Below are positions 20,326-31,940 of a stretch of 64,000 bases of DNA, piece after piece. Numbering within the stretch: the first letter of the stretch is position 1; each line of letters starts with the position of its first letter. The DNA is from an uncultured cyanobacterium (GTDB lineage: Bacteria; Cyanobacteriota; Cyanobacteriia; Cyanobacteriales; Cyanobacteriaceae), in contig CAVQBA010000004.1 in assembly GCA_963710605.1 (NCBI GenBank), positions 128,001 through 192,000 on the forward strand, written 5' to 3'. Under the pieces are notes generated by a model that had not been told where the DNA came from, searched no databases, and worked only from the letters and a program-made list of their open reading frames with translations. The position numbers and the translations under genes are program-made.

Positions 20326-20530
20326 TCAATCAGAAGAGTGAGTGCCTGAGTTCAAATAATAATTCAAAGGATAATAATTACAGATCTCGGTTGAATCTTC
20401 TTTTCGTGTAACCATTTCTGCTGGTTGCTCTTTATCTGTTACCCATTTCCAATCGTTAATGTCAAAATAAACATTTGCGAGAAATGTCTTCGATCGATAA
20501 TATCAATTGTGCTATCAACAAGATTATCTC
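20326..20530 (-). pseudogene. Second copy of the 73 aa small protein, frame broken at a CGATCG site
   Basis: SKTFLANVYFDINDWKWVTDKEQPAEMVTRKEDSTEICNYYPLNYYLNSGTHSSD* with no in-frame start. Confidence 0.65.
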
Positions 20531-20804
20531 TAATTTTTAGTTAACCATCAATGTATTATCAACTCTTTATTAATAAAACATTGGTGGTTACTCAGGTTTT
20601 AATTACAATACTACTTATTCCAATAGTAGAAGTGCTTTTGTTGGGAACAACTTCACCGCTTTTTTTGAGGTGGAGTATTTAGACAAAAAGTCCATTTTTA
20701 TAACTGACTCAACAGTCATCTAGCCCTTCGCAGTTAATTGATAGATTGTATTTTTTTAAATAGTTGGTACTATTTATCGCTTATTGACGATGGATTTTTC
20801 ACTG

Positions 20805-21746
20805 TTAAGGGTGTGTAATTTGTTCTAATCGATCGATTTCGTCTTGAGTTAATCGCCATCCTAAAGCACCTGCATTTTCTTTTACCTGACGAGCATTTTT
20901 TGCCCCTGGGATAGGAATGACATTGTTTTGGCAAATTAACCAATTTAAGGCAACTTGAGCAGGAGTTTTTTGATAATTTTCGCCGATAGTAGTTAATAAA
21001 TTAATTACAGGAGTAATTTTATTTAAACCTTTATCTTTAAAACGTGAATCTAATTTTCTTGCCCCTTCTGGAGAAAGTTGGTCACTATTATTATATTTCC
21101 CTGTTAGTAATCCTTGGGCTAACGGGCTATAAGCGAGTAAAGTTACTCCTAGTTTTTTCGCCATTTGGGTAATACCCTTATTTTCAATTTTTCTGGTAAG
21201 TAAAGAATATTTAACTTGATTTACCGCTAAAGGTATATTTTTTTTCGCCAATATCTCCGAGGCTTTTTTCATATCTTCTGCTGAATAATTACTCACCCCA
21301 ATCGCTCCTATTCTACCTTTAATAACTTCCTCAGCGAGGGCATTCATTAAAGTTTCTTGACTCATCAGCATAAACGGCCAATGAACTTGATATAAAGGAA
21401 TATGATCAACTTGTAGTCTATTTAAACTTTGGGTAATGGCATCACTAACTGATTGCTTTTGTAAACGCCAAGGAAGAGGTGCAAATTTAGTCGCAATGGT
21501 AATTGGTTCATTTTTTTCGGCTTTGAATTGCCCAATCAATTTTTCTGATTCTCCATTACCGTAAACTTCGGCGGTATCAAACAAAGTTATTCCTGCTTCT
21601 ACTGCGGTATCAAAGGCTGTTTTAACGTCATTACGATCGTAATCTTTACCATAACTCCAAAAAAACGAATCTCCCCATGCCCACGTGCCGATTCCTAATG
21701 GCGGTACTTCGATCGCTGTTTTACCTAAACTAATTGTATCTGTCAT
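20805..21746 (-). CDS. Aldo/keto reductase
   Basis: GIGTWAWG, FDTAEVYG, IATKF, YQVHWP, IGVSNY, AYSPL, PIPG. Confidence 0.93.
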   Translation of the reverse strand: MTDTISLGKTAIEVPPLGIGTWAWGDSFFWSYGKDYDRNDVKTAFDTAVEAGITLFDTAEVYGNGESEKLIGQFKAEKNEPITIATKFAPLPWRLQKQSVSDAITQSLNRLQVDHIPLYQVHWPFMLMSQETLMNALAEEVIKGRIGAIGVSNYSAEDMKKASEILAKKNIPLAVNQVKYSLLTRKIENKGITQMAKKLGVTLLAYSPLAQGLLTGKYNNSDQLSPEGARKLDSRFKDKGLNKITPVINLLTTIGENYQKTPAQVALNWLICQNNVIPIPGAKNARQVKENAGALGWRLTQDEIDRLEQITHP

Positions 21747-22314
21747 TATTCAACTTCTTTATAATTACTTGTTTCTTCTATTATGAACTTTTGTAACTAA
21801 ACTCTGCTGATAATATTTATTGACTAACAAACTAGCTCATTGAAATAAAAACTGACCAAAAAAGTTAATCAAATTCTAGCTCTGTTTATTGAAGAATATG
21901 TAGTATCAATCACAAATAATTTGTTTGTTGTCAATATTTAGGTACTTGAGATTGATAAAATAAACAGACTGCTCAATGATAAAATATGAAGAAAATATTA
22001 AGTTGTGTACGTTACCATAAAATTTGGTTTGCTACATAGTTGCGTAATTAAAAAAGAGGAAAACAAATAAGTAAATATCAGGTAAAATAATTTGTGTTTG
22101 CTGATTTAAAAATTTTTTTCAATCTATTATAATTAATAAAAATAATTTGAGGTTATCAATTTTAATTTATAAATAGGGTTGAAATTACTCATGACAATTT
22201 AATTGTCAAAATAAATGGTGATGGTATTCACCTTAATAAATTATCAACAAAAAGTAAAATAAATCTAAGAGATTATTTGAGCTTTATCTAGAGTTCCTTA
22301 AAACAAAAAAATTA

Positions 22315-24474
22315 ATGAATAAAAAAACTACTTTGCTAGCAATTCCTACTATTTTAATAGTTATTATCGGTGTAGTTGGGGCAACTGTTTTAAGTCCTAA
22401 ATTAATGACGATTTTAGAAGAAACTTTAGTACCAATACAAACTAAAAAGCCCGAATACAGATTAGATGCACCTTCGGAAGTTTTACCTTTAGCTGATGTC
22501 TCCCCTCAACAAAGAAGAGCTAAACTAGAGACGATCGCTAATCAAGAAGAATCTAGTTTAGATCAAGCACGTGCTAAATATTTACTTGGTTCAGATCTTT
22601 TAAGAGAAGAATTTGATGGTGCAAAAGCTTTAGATTATCTTAAACACTTAGACAAACAATATCCGATTCTCGCTCCATACGTATTGCTAAGAGAAGGTAG
22701 AGCATATGAATTGAATAATAACATTGAAAAAGCAAAAGAAGTATGGCAACAGTTAATCTCAGAACACCCTGATTCTTTAGTTACAGTTGATGCTTATTAT
22801 AAGTTAGGTACATATGATGACAAATATTGGGCAGAAGCGATCGATCGTTTTCCTCAACATCCTCGTAGTCAAAGTATGGCACGTGCATTACTAGAAAAAG
22901 ATCCTAACCAAAAAAGTTTGCTTTTATTATTGGCAAAATATGATTTATCTGCTGAAACTAAACCAATATTAGATCGATTAATCAGTGACTATAAAGATCA
23001 ATTACAACCAGAAGAATGGGATAGTATTGCTAACAATTATTGGCAAAATGGTTATTACGCTCAAGCCGCTACAGCTTACGAAAGAGGCACTTCTAATCCA
23101 GAAAATTTGTATCGTTTAGCCAGAAGTTTTCAAGTTGCTAAAGCCCCAACTAAAGCCAAAGCAGGTTTCCTTAATCTAGAAAAAACTTATCCTGAAGCGA
23201 CACAAACAGGATTAGCATTAAGAAGACTAGCGAATTTATCTACAGGTGACGAAGCCTTAGTTTATTTGAATAAAGTTGATGACAAATATCCAACTGATGC
23301 ACCCGAAGCACAACGGGAGAAAATCAAGTTATTGACTAATTTAGGTCGATATAACGAAGCTAATGAAGCTCAAAATTTACTTCTACAAAAATATACAGAC
23401 AGTGATGAAGCCGCAGATTATCGCTGGGATGTTGCGAGTAAACACGCCAATGTCGGAAATTATGTAGCGGCATGGCAATGGGCAGGAGAAATTACCACGA
23501 ATAATCCTGATAGTAGCGTTGCCCCCAAAGCTGGTTTTTGGGTTGGTAAATGGGCAGAAAAAATGGGGCAACCTGAAGAAGCGAAGAATTTTTATCAATT
23601 TGTTTTAAATAATCATCCTCATTCTTATTATGCGTGGCGATCGGCTGTTAGACTTGGTAAAGATGTTGGTGATTTTGGTAGTTTACGTAATTTAGACTTA
23701 AAAGTAGAAACTCCTATAAATCGTCCGATTCCTCCTGCTGGCTCAAATACATTTAAAGAGTTGTTTTTGTTAGGGGAAGATACAGATGCGATCGATCTTT
23801 TTGCGGCTGAAGTGTCAAACAAAGAAAATCCCAGCGTATCAGAGCAATTTACCCAAGGATTGTTAAAACAAACTCAAGGAAAATATCTACAAAGTATTAA
23901 TTTGATTTGGAGTTTGAGTAAAAGAAATTCCCCAGAAGATTTAAGAGAATGGCAAATTTTAAGAGAAAGTCCAGAATATTGGTATGCCTTGTTTCCTTTT
24001 CCTTATAAGGATGAAGTAGTTGAATGGTCAGAAAAAAGAAACCTCAATCCTTTTTTAGTTATCTCTTTAATGCGTCAAGAATCAAGATTTCAAAAAGAAA
24101 TTAAATCTCCTGTCGGAGCAACAGGTTTAATGCAAGTAATGCCCGATACAGGAAAATGGATTGCACCCCAAATTGATTTGGAAGAATATTCTCTGACTAA
24201 TCCTGATGATAGTATCAATTTAGGTACATGGTATTTAGACTATACTCATGAAACCTATAATGGTAACTCGATGTTAGCGATCGCTAGTTATAATGCGGGG
24301 CCTGGTAATGTGAGTAACTGGCTTGACAGGTATAGTCTTAATGATGTCGATGAATTTGTCGCTAATATTCCTTTTAATGAAACCAAAAATTATGTTGAAA
24401 CTGTTTTCGCTAATTACTGGAATTATGTACTTTTATACAGTCCTGAAATCAAAGATGAAACAACTCAAGAGTAA
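22315..24474 (+). CDS. Soluble lytic transglycosylase with TPR-like repeats
   Basis: RQESRF, GATGLMQVMP, YNAGPG, ETKNYV; N-terminal anchor. Confidence 0.93.
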   Translation: MNKKTTLLAIPTILIVIIGVVGATVLSPKLMTILEETLVPIQTKKPEYRLDAPSEVLPLADVSPQQRRAKLETIANQEESSLDQARAKYLLGSDLLREEFDGAKALDYLKHLDKQYPILAPYVLLREGRAYELNNNIEKAKEVWQQLISEHPDSLVTVDAYYKLGTYDDKYWAEAIDRFPQHPRSQSMARALLEKDPNQKSLLLLLAKYDLSAETKPILDRLISDYKDQLQPEEWDSIANNYWQNGYYAQAATAYERGTSNPENLYRLARSFQVAKAPTKAKAGFLNLEKTYPEATQTGLALRRLANLSTGDEALVYLNKVDDKYPTDAPEAQREKIKLLTNLGRYNEANEAQNLLLQKYTDSDEAADYRWDVASKHANVGNYVAAWQWAGEITTNNPDSSVAPKAGFWVGKWAEKMGQPEEAKNFYQFVLNNHPHSYYAWRSAVRLGKDVGDFGSLRNLDLKVETPINRPIPPAGSNTFKELFLLGEDTDAIDLFAAEVSNKENPSVSEQFTQGLLKQTQGKYLQSINLIWSLSKRNSPEDLREWQILRESPEYWYALFPFPYKDEVVEWSEKRNLNPFLVISLMRQESRFQKEIKSPVGATGLMQVMPDTGKWIAPQIDLEEYSLTNPDDSINLGTWYLDYTHETYNGNSMLAIASYNAGPGNVSNWLDRYSLNDVDEFVANIPFNETKNYVETVFANYWNYVLLYSPEIKDETTQE

Positions 24475-24554
24475 ATTTAGAAAAATAATGAGTTACGCAG
24501 ATAACGTACTCATAATTTTTTATTTTTTTTAAATTGTTAGTCTTACTTAAAACG

Positions 24555-25316
24555 CTATGATTTTTTAGCTGATTTTTTTTTGAAATAGCCACCCAAACCA
24601 AAAGCAAGTAAACTACCTCCGATTGTTAATGGTTCGGGAACAGGTTCATAACTAATATCGCCTATACCAATCCCGTGACTACTTGGATTTTCTCTTACTA
24701 AAGCAGGGTCTTGGCTAAACACCAATTCAAAACTATCAATAGGACTAGCAAAACTAACATCTATGTTTCCATCATCACTATCATTACCTACGTTTTGAAC
24801 TCCATTGAGACTATCACCAACTTGAACTACACTACCAGATGTGAATCCTTGTCCACTATAGTTTGCAGTTAATGGATTCCCATTAAGAAAACCCGTAACA
24901 GTTATTAAGTCATTCCAACTGTTACTAGTTGAAGCACTACTTCCTGAAATGTCAATATCATAAATTCTAAAAGAAACATTTTGAACAGGAACGCCATAAT
25001 TAAAAGCGGTAGTCATGGTGACAGAATCGTTCTCATTGCCTGGATCGTACTGGAGGCGAAGAGTTTCGTTAGTGGCTGAACTTCCATTAAGCACAATAGT
25101 GTCATCAGGTGTACCTGCGACAAATGTTCCACCATTAAAACTATAACTAAAATCAACGCTTCCATCACCTACATTGAAACTTTCGTTTAAGCTTCCAGTT
25201 GTGTAGTCAACCGAATCCCAGTCTAAAGTTAAACCAGCGGCTCTGACAGCCCCTGGTACTAAAACAGATGTTGATACAGCCGTCAGTACGGCTAAAAGGC
25301 ATTTAGTTTTCTTCAT
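24555..25316 (-). CDS. PEP-CTERM sorting domain protein
   Basis: Signal peptide; C-terminal VPEP + TM + KKK. Confidence 0.9.
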   Translation of the reverse strand: MKKTKCLLAVLTAVSTSVLVPGAVRAAGLTLDWDSVDYTTGSLNESFNVGDGSVDFSYSFNGGTFVAGTPDDTIVLNGSSATNETLRLQYDPGNENDSVTMTTAFNYGVPVQNVSFRIYDIDISGSSASTSNSWNDLITVTGFLNGNPLTANYSGQGFTSGSVVQVGDSLNGVQNVGNDSDDGNIDVSFASPIDSFELVFSQDPALVRENPSSHGIGIGDISYEPVPEPLTIGGSLLAFGLGGYFKKKSAKKS

Positions 25317-25557
25317 AGTAGTTTTCCTCTTTGTTTTCTCTTTAAAATATTTTTTTTAATTGTACTCTATTAGTAATTAGAACACAATATTGATGGTCAT
25401 GAATTATTGATTTTTAAACCGTTTATAAATTGGTCAATAATCCGCAATCAATATTTTTTGAAGAGAGTTTCTACCCATGTGTAGTCCAAAAGGCAAAAGG
25501 CAAAGAGAGTGAAAGTGCCAAGAGTGAACACAGAAGAGAGAAGAGTTAAAAGAGGCA

Positions 25558-25648
25558 ATTATTAATTATTAATTATTAATTATTAATTCTTAATTATTAA
25601 TTCTTAATTCTTATTCATCCTTCATCCTTCATCTCTCATCCCTCATCC
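25558..25648. repeat. Heptamer STRRs (ATTAATT / TTCATCC types)
   Basis: Tandem imperfect heptamers downstream of tldD. Confidence 0.8.
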
Positions 25649-27085
25649 TTATCCTGCACCAAATACTTGAATATCTTTGAAAGCACAGACAGGAGAAGCG
25701 TGTCCCACTTTAATAGCTTGATTAGGTTCACCTTTACCACAACAAGGTGTACCATAACATTCACGAGTGGAATCGTCACCGACGGCAAACAAACTATGCC
25801 AAAAAGGACGAGTTACGCCTCGGTAATTGGGATTACGTAGTGTTTTAGTTAATTTACCATTTTCAATCAAACGAGCATATTCACAACCAAACTGGAATTT
25901 ATTACGGTAGTCATCGATCGACCACGATCGATTAGCCTGCATATAAACACCATGCTCAATATTACTAATAATCTGCTCAAAGCTACTATCTCCTGATTCT
26001 AAGTTTAAATTAGCCATCCGATCGATCGGCGGACGATTCCAAGAAGAAGAGCGAAAATTAGCAACGCCGTCTATTTTTGCCCTTGCCTGACTTTCCGCAC
26101 TACCTAAACCTCTAACTAAAATACCATCTTTAATTAAATATTCTTTTTCGGCTTTTACCCCAGCATCATCATAACCATAACTTGCTAGTTCTCCTTCTAC
26201 GGTAGGATCGAAAGTAATATTCATTATCTTTGAGCCATAAGCCAAATTACCAAAATCGCTTAAGTTTACAAAACTACTACCTGCATAGTTACGCTCATCA
26301 CCTAAAATACGATCGATTTCTAACGGATGCCCAATACTTTCATGAATTTGTAACATCATTTGATCGGGAGCAAGGACAAGATTAGTTGTCATCTCAGGGC
26401 ATTCTTGGGCAGACAATAACTCTAATGCTTCCTCACCAATTTGAATCGATCGATTTAACGTCGTTTCAGGATCAATAAATTCTTTTCCACCTTGATAATA
26501 TCTAGCTACCATGCCATTGTCAGTCCGCTTTTGCACTACATTACCATCAGAAGCCGTAGCGGAGTAATCTGTAGCTACTAAAGAGAAAAACTGTTCTATA
26601 TCTGCTCCATTACTACTCACAAAACGATGACGAATATCACTAATTTGAGCCATCGCACTCGTTCTAATAATTTTATCGTTGACTTTTAAATTACGACAAA
26701 TTTGCATCAGTAAATCATTTAAATCTAAGGCGGTTAATAACTGTGTCGATTCACCTACAAGAGATTGATATTTACCAGTGGTGGCAGGACGAATTTGGGT
26801 ATCAAAACGATATACTCCCCATTTACTCGCTTTTTGAGCTTGCTGATAAGCAATATCAACTGCTTGTTGAATACTCGGTTGATTAAGCTGATTGGTGGCA
26901 CAGTAGCCTATTTGTCCATTTACCATCACTTCTACCATCACTCCATCAGTTATCGATCGATGATTACGTTGAGGATTACTATCTCTAAACATTCTTGTCG
27001 TTGTCGTTTGACTGACTTGTCTTAATCCAATCCAATCAGCTTTACTATCTAGGTTTTGCAAGGTTTTTGCTAAATCGAATTTCAT
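25649..27085 (-). CDS. tldD: TldD/PmbA family metalloprotease
   Basis: HESIGHPLE, RMAN, CGKGEPNQ...VGH. ATG at 27085 preferred as start. Confidence 0.88.
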   Translation of the reverse strand: MKFDLAKTLQNLDSKADWIGLRQVSQTTTTRMFRDSNPQRNHRSITDGVMVEVMVNGQIGYCATNQLNQPSIQQAVDIAYQQAQKASKWGVYRFDTQIRPATTGKYQSLVGESTQLLTALDLNDLLMQICRNLKVNDKIIRTSAMAQISDIRHRFVSSNGADIEQFFSLVATDYSATASDGNVVQKRTDNGMVARYYQGGKEFIDPETTLNRSIQIGEEALELLSAQECPEMTTNLVLAPDQMMLQIHESIGHPLEIDRILGDERNYAGSSFVNLSDFGNLAYGSKIMNITFDPTVEGELASYGYDDAGVKAEKEYLIKDGILVRGLGSAESQARAKIDGVANFRSSSWNRPPIDRMANLNLESGDSSFEQIISNIEHGVYMQANRSWSIDDYRNKFQFGCEYARLIENGKLTKTLRNPNYRGVTRPFWHSLFAVGDDSTRECYGTPCCGKGEPNQAIKVGHASPVCAFKDIQVFGAG

Positions 27086-27422
27086 TTTAAGCTCTAGTTT
27101 ATTTCTCACTATCGGTTATTTTATCCGTCTTCAAAGTATTGATTGTGTCGTCTTAATTACAATAAAACATTGTTTAACTTGTAATCATCAGTTTTGGTCA
27201 GTTTAGTTTAACATTCTCTTAAATGGAGTTGCTCACTAGTAACGCAACATTAATAATTATTCATTATTCATTACCTAATATATATTTTAGAATTGAAGTA
27301 AATACATTAAAAATCATCATCTCTTATGACTAACGATCAATTCATCATGTTAATTGTTTTATTAATACCCGGACTATTACTTTCATTTTTAGTCATGATT
27401 TCCTTTGCTAAAGGAGGATAAA

Positions 27423-27457
27423 GAATAGGGAATAGGGAATAGGGAATAGGGAATAGG
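27423..27457. repeat. Heptamer STRR (GAATAGG)x5
   Basis: Tandem copies read directly. Confidence 0.9.
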
Positions 27458-28278
27458 GATGAAAAATTATTAATTATCTCTTACTTTAACTATTTTTTGA
27501 ATTAAAACACGATTAATCGATCGACAACTATTAATTACAAACCGATCGATTAGTTTTTTAAAGGTTAGTTTAACTTTGTTTTCTTGTCTATGTATTTTTA
27601 CTGATTTTTTTTCTTTACTTAAATTATTCGTGAGAAATACGAGCGTGACAAATTTAAATCTAATTCGCTTTTTTTTAATTAGGTTAGTTTTCTTTTGTCA
27701 GGTTTTTACATCTAGTTAGCAACAGATACTTAAGTATTTAATAAATCAAAAAATATCCCAAATCAAACTTAACAAATACTCAAATCTTTATTTTTTGTGC
27801 TGACAAGTTAGATTATATCTACTTTTTTTTGGTTTGATTGCTATAAAAATATAAGTTTTTTTTAATTGTTGTTAATTAATCAAATTAGCTTATTTTTGAG
27901 CTTAAGTGTTAATACTTAAATAAATAAAACTATTTTATTGCTTTTTCTATTAAATAAAAATTATTATTTTTTCTCACTTTTAATGTTTGTATTTCTTTGA
28001 ACTTTAATTTAGTAATATTAAGTAAATAAAAATATTAAGAAATGTATCTAGTACAAATCATCTTCACAAAAAATACACAATTATACTTAATACTAATTAA
28101 TAGTAAAAATGGTATAATTACAATCTATTAAATAAAAAATAATAGATACTTTGGTTTTCCATTATTGTCGGGTGATGTGTTCGTTTTTACCAAATTAAGA
28201 CTCAGATGAAGAAAAGTATTCAATTGAGTTATTAAAAGTTCTGTTTATTCTTGAAAATTAAAAAATTATTTTTAAAAA

Positions 28279-28641
28279 ATGAAAAAAATATTAGTTGTAG
28301 ATGACATGAAAAGCGAATTAGATCTTTTAAATGAATATCTAACTCAAAGTGGCTTTGATGTAGTGACAGCAAATAATGGTAAAGAAGCATTGGAAAAAGC
28401 AAGTAATAATCAGTTTGATCTAATTGTCACTGACTGGATGATGCCCCAGATGGGAGGGTTAGATCTTTGTCGTCAATTAAGAAAAAAACCCGAAACAGCC
28501 AATATTCCTGTGATAGCCTGTACTGCTAAAGATAAAGATGTGGATAAAATGTGGGCAAAAAAACAAGGTGTAAAAAAATATTTAGTTAAGCCTTGTACTA
28601 AAGAAGAATTAATTAGTACTGTCAAAGAAGTTATCGGCTAA
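28279..28641 (+). CDS. CheY-like single-domain response regulator (PilH/PixH type)
   Basis: VVDD, DWMMP, W...QG...YLVKP. Confidence 0.92.
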   Translation: MKKILVVDDMKSELDLLNEYLTQSGFDVVTANNGKEALEKASNNQFDLIVTDWMMPQMGGLDLCRQLRKKPETANIPVIACTAKDKDVDKMWAKKQGVKKYLVKPCTKEELISTVKEVIG

Positions 28642-28645
28642 AACA

Positions 28646-29185
28646 ATGTCAACAGATATTTCTAATTTCGATCGATTACAAGGACTTTTACCTGAATTAT
28701 TTCAATCAAATCAATCCACAGGAAAGTCTTATCTTCAAGCTCAATTAACTAACCAAACGCCAGTTTTACTCTCGATGGAATCAGTTCAAGAATCTTTGTT
28801 AGTCAAGGATAGAGAAATTACTTTGATTCCTAATATGCCGACTTATTTTTTGGGTTTAATCAACTCGCGCGATCGAGTTTTTGGTTTAATCGATTTACCC
28901 AAATTGTTAGGTTTATCTAATCAAACTAGTACGAGACGAAGAGTTTATCATACGATCGTTATTCGAGTTAACGATATCTCAGTTTCTGAACAAGAATTAT
29001 TAGTCGGTTTTGTTTTTTTTGAAATACAAAGTATTACTCGTATTATACCTAGTCAACTGAATCTAGCTCAAGACAGACTATCCCAAGTTTTAAAGCCTTA
29101 CGTTCAATACTGCGTCCAAGAACAAGAAAATTTGATTCCTGTATTAGATATTAATGCAATTATCAACAATATTATCACTTCGTAA
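28646..29185 (+). CDS. cheW: CheW-like adaptor
   Basis: ITLIPNMP...GLINSRDRV...IDL; operon context. Confidence 0.88.
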   Translation: MSTDISNFDRLQGLLPELFQSNQSTGKSYLQAQLTNQTPVLLSMESVQESLLVKDREITLIPNMPTYFLGLINSRDRVFGLIDLPKLLGLSNQTSTRRRVYHTIVIRVNDISVSEQELLVGFVFFEIQSITRIIPSQLNLAQDRLSQVLKPYVQYCVQEQENLIPVLDINAIINNIITS

Positions 29186-29197
29186 AAGGTAAAGATT

Positions 29198-31699
29198 ATG
29201 ACTACTCAAAAACAAATTATTGATTCTTCATCTAGTATTTCTTCTCCATCAAATCAAGTATTAACTCCCAAAGTAGTTAACAACAATGTAGTGGTGGAAA
29301 CCAAACAAGTAAAAAAAAGAGGTTTAAATCTTAGAAATAAATTATTATTAACCATTTTACCGACAGTTTTAATTCCTCTAGGTATTGCTAGTGCGATCGG
29401 AATCACATTTGTCAAAAACGAAGCCGCCTTACAACAGCAAGAAGAACTTGAAAACGGTATTATCATCGCTAGTTCGGTTACTCAAAGATTCTTAGAAAAA
29501 GGAGCTCAACTTAATCAGTTATTAGCAAGGAACAATTTTATTATCCGAGAGTTACAAGTAGATACCCAAAAAGCCGAAGTAGAAGGATTAACTCGAAAAT
29601 CAATCCCCGAACTAGAAAAACAATTTAGCCGTACCAAATTACTCAATCCCGACACAGACATCAACAGCTATCTCAAGATTATTGCTGAAAGTAATCAATT
29701 AGCTGAGATTATCCTCACTGAAAGTAATGGTTTTAATGTCGGTTATAGCTCTCGTACTTCAGACTTTGTTCAAAGTGACGAGCAATGGTGGCAAATAGGT
29801 GCTGAAGAAGGAAAAAGTATTTTAGAGCCAAAAATTGATGAATCCACACAACAAGTAATCTTAGAGCTAGTTAATTCGATTAAAAATCCTGATACCGGTA
29901 AATTATTAGGCGTAACTAAAATTGGGGTTTCAGTCGATAGTCTCAAGCAAAACATACGAGAAGAGATAGTCGGATTTAAAGAATCTCAACAACTACAAAT
30001 TATTGATAGCCAGACTGCAAAAGTTTTGAGTACCGTAAATACAGAGGAACAAACACAGACAAATAACGAAATACAAATCGAAGAAATTGTAGGTGGTGAA
30101 ACAATCGGACAGGCTGCCAAAATTTTAAGTCAGAATGTTAATGCTCTTTCGACAAACAATTCCGAATCTTCAGTAACTATACCAGAAGAAATAATTACTG
30201 AAATAGAACAAAATATAAGTGCTTTAGAAGGAGTTTCTCAAGTCGAATTTGAAGCAGATGATAAAGAGACATTGGATCAAGCTTCACAAATTCGTAACAT
30301 ACTTCATTTTGAATACAATGATAAGTTTTTTGAGTTGAAAGTAGTTCCTAATACCACTTTAGTCATCTCCTCTTCTATTGATGTAGCCCAAGCCGCAACA
30401 GCAGGAAACAATCTAGCTAGAATTTTACAGATTTCAGGTGTTATTTTAGGACTTATCGCTATCGGTGTTATTTTTTGGTTAGCACAAAATCTATCTCAAC
30501 CCTTAGCTAAATTATCGTCTAAAGTTGAACAAGCAGGAACAGGAGATTTAGATGTTCAAGCAGATTTAGAAGGTACATCAGAAACGATTGTCTTAGGTGA
30601 TAACTTTAACAAACTAGTTACTCAACTTAAAGGTTCGATTGACGAACAAAAATTAATTGCCCAAACGCAAAAAGACGAAAAAGAACAATTAGAATTAGGA
30701 ATTTACCAGTTACTTGAAGAAATACAAGATGCGGCGGATGGAGATTTAACCGTTAGAGCAAGTTTAGATTCGATGGAAATGAGTACTGTTGCCGATTTAT
30801 TCAATGCGGTTATTGATAGTTTACAAGATATTGCAATTCAGGTAAAAGACTCTAGTAAACAAGTAACAACATCTTTGAACGAAAACGAAGTCTCGATTCA
30901 AATGTTAGCTAATCAAGCGATCGAAGAGGCACAAGACACCCGTGATACCTTAGAGGAAATTGAAAAAATGGGTATATCGATCGAACAAGTAGCCAATAAC
31001 GCAAATGAAGCGGCTAATTTGGTTAATTCTGCTTATCAAGAAACCCAAGAAGGTACTAACGTAATGGACGAAACTGTAAATAGTATTCTAAATTTACGAA
31101 CAACAGTCGGAGAAACCGCTAAAAAAATGAAACGATTAGGAGAATCATCTCAAAAGATTTCTCAAGTAGTCTCCTTAATCGAAGAAATTGCCTTAAAAAC
31201 CAACTTACTCGCTATTAACGCAAGTGTTGAAGCTAGTCGTGCAGGAGAACAAGGTCAAGGTTTTACCGTTGTAGCCGAACAAGTAGGGGCGTTAGCTTCT
31301 CAATCAGCAACTGCAACTAAAGAAATTGCCAAAATTGTTGCCGCCATTCAAGCAGAAACAAAAGAAGTGAGCCAAGCTATGGAATTAGGTACAACACAGG
31401 TAGTTGATAGTACCCATTTAGTAGAATCAACCAAACAAAGATTAGTACAAGTGTTAGAACGTTATGGTAGTATCAACGAATTAATGAAACAAATTTCTCA
31501 ATCGACAGTTTCTCAAACAGATACTTCTCAATTAGTTACTAACTTGATGCAATTAATTGCTGAAAAATCAGAACAACGATTACAAGATTCGGTGGCAATT
31601 GCTAAATCTATTCAATCAACAAACCAAGTTGCTCAAAAACTAGAATCAGCAGTTGAACAATTTGAAGTCGAAAAACAATTAACAAGTAATAATGCTTAA
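29198..31699 (+). CDS. Methyl-accepting chemotaxis protein (Cache-like periplasmic domain, HAMP, no GAF)
   Basis: Two TM segments, [33 protein letters not shown]. Confidence 0.92.
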   Translation: MTTQKQIIDSSSSISSPSNQVLTPKVVNNNVVVETKQVKKRGLNLRNKLLLTILPTVLIPLGIASAIGITFVKNEAALQQQEELENGIIIASSVTQRFLEKGAQLNQLLARNNFIIRELQVDTQKAEVEGLTRKSIPELEKQFSRTKLLNPDTDINSYLKIIAESNQLAEIILTESNGFNVGYSSRTSDFVQSDEQWWQIGAEEGKSILEPKIDESTQQVILELVNSIKNPDTGKLLGVTKIGVSVDSLKQNIREEIVGFKESQQLQIIDSQTAKVLSTVNTEEQTQTNNEIQIEEIVGGETIGQAAKILSQNVNALSTNNSESSVTIPEEIITEIEQNISALEGVSQVEFEADDKETLDQASQIRNILHFEYNDKFFELKVVPNTTLVISSSIDVAQAATAGNNLARILQISGVILGLIAIGVIFWLAQNLSQPLAKLSSKVEQAGTGDLDVQADLEGTSETIVLGDNFNKLVTQLKGSIDEQKLIAQTQKDEKEQLELGIYQLLEEIQDAADGDLTVRASLDSMEMSTVADLFNAVIDSLQDIAIQVKDSSKQVTTSLNENEVSIQMLANQAIEEAQDTRDTLEEIEKMGISIEQVANNANEAANLVNSAYQETQEGTNVMDETVNSILNLRTTVGETAKKMKRLGESSQKISQVVSLIEEIALKTNLLAINASVEASRAGEQGQGFTVVAEQVGALASQSATATKEIAKIVAAIQAETKEVSQAMELGTTQVVDSTHLVESTKQRLVQVLERYGSINELMKQISQSTVSQTDTSQLVTNLMQLIAEKSEQRLQDSVAIAKSIQSTNQVAQKLESAVEQFEVEKQLTSNNA

Positions 31700-31852
31700 T
31701 TATTAATAAGTGATAAGTCACTAGTTTCTAATCATAAATAGTTAATCTAATCTTGTAATTTAATTTACTAATAAAAAATCAAAGTTTTAATCTCTGCTTC
31801 GATTTTTTATACTTAATTTTTACTCAATACTTGCTTAGCAAGGATTTATTTC

Positions 31853-31920
31853 GTCTTGGTGGACATCCCCGTTTTAGTCAGCCTTCGGTGTCTTACGCAT
31901 TACTAGCGGGCTTCTGTCCG
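31853..31920 (-). mobile_element. Structured mini-element related to the 12083-12131 insert (IS605/IS607-end-like)
   Basis: Minus strand CGGACAGAAGCCCGC...GCGTAAGAC...GGGGATGTCCACCAAGAC. Confidence 0.5.
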
Positions 31921-31940
31921 TAATTATCAATTCTAGAAAA

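Noticed and set aside
20030-20500. Repeat pair as DGR template/variable repeats
   Set aside because: Differences are not adenine-specific (C/T, T/G and C/G occur) and there is no reverse transcriptase in the window.
25649-27085. tldD as part of a RiPP cluster
   Set aside because: No precursor, YcaO or tldE adjacent.
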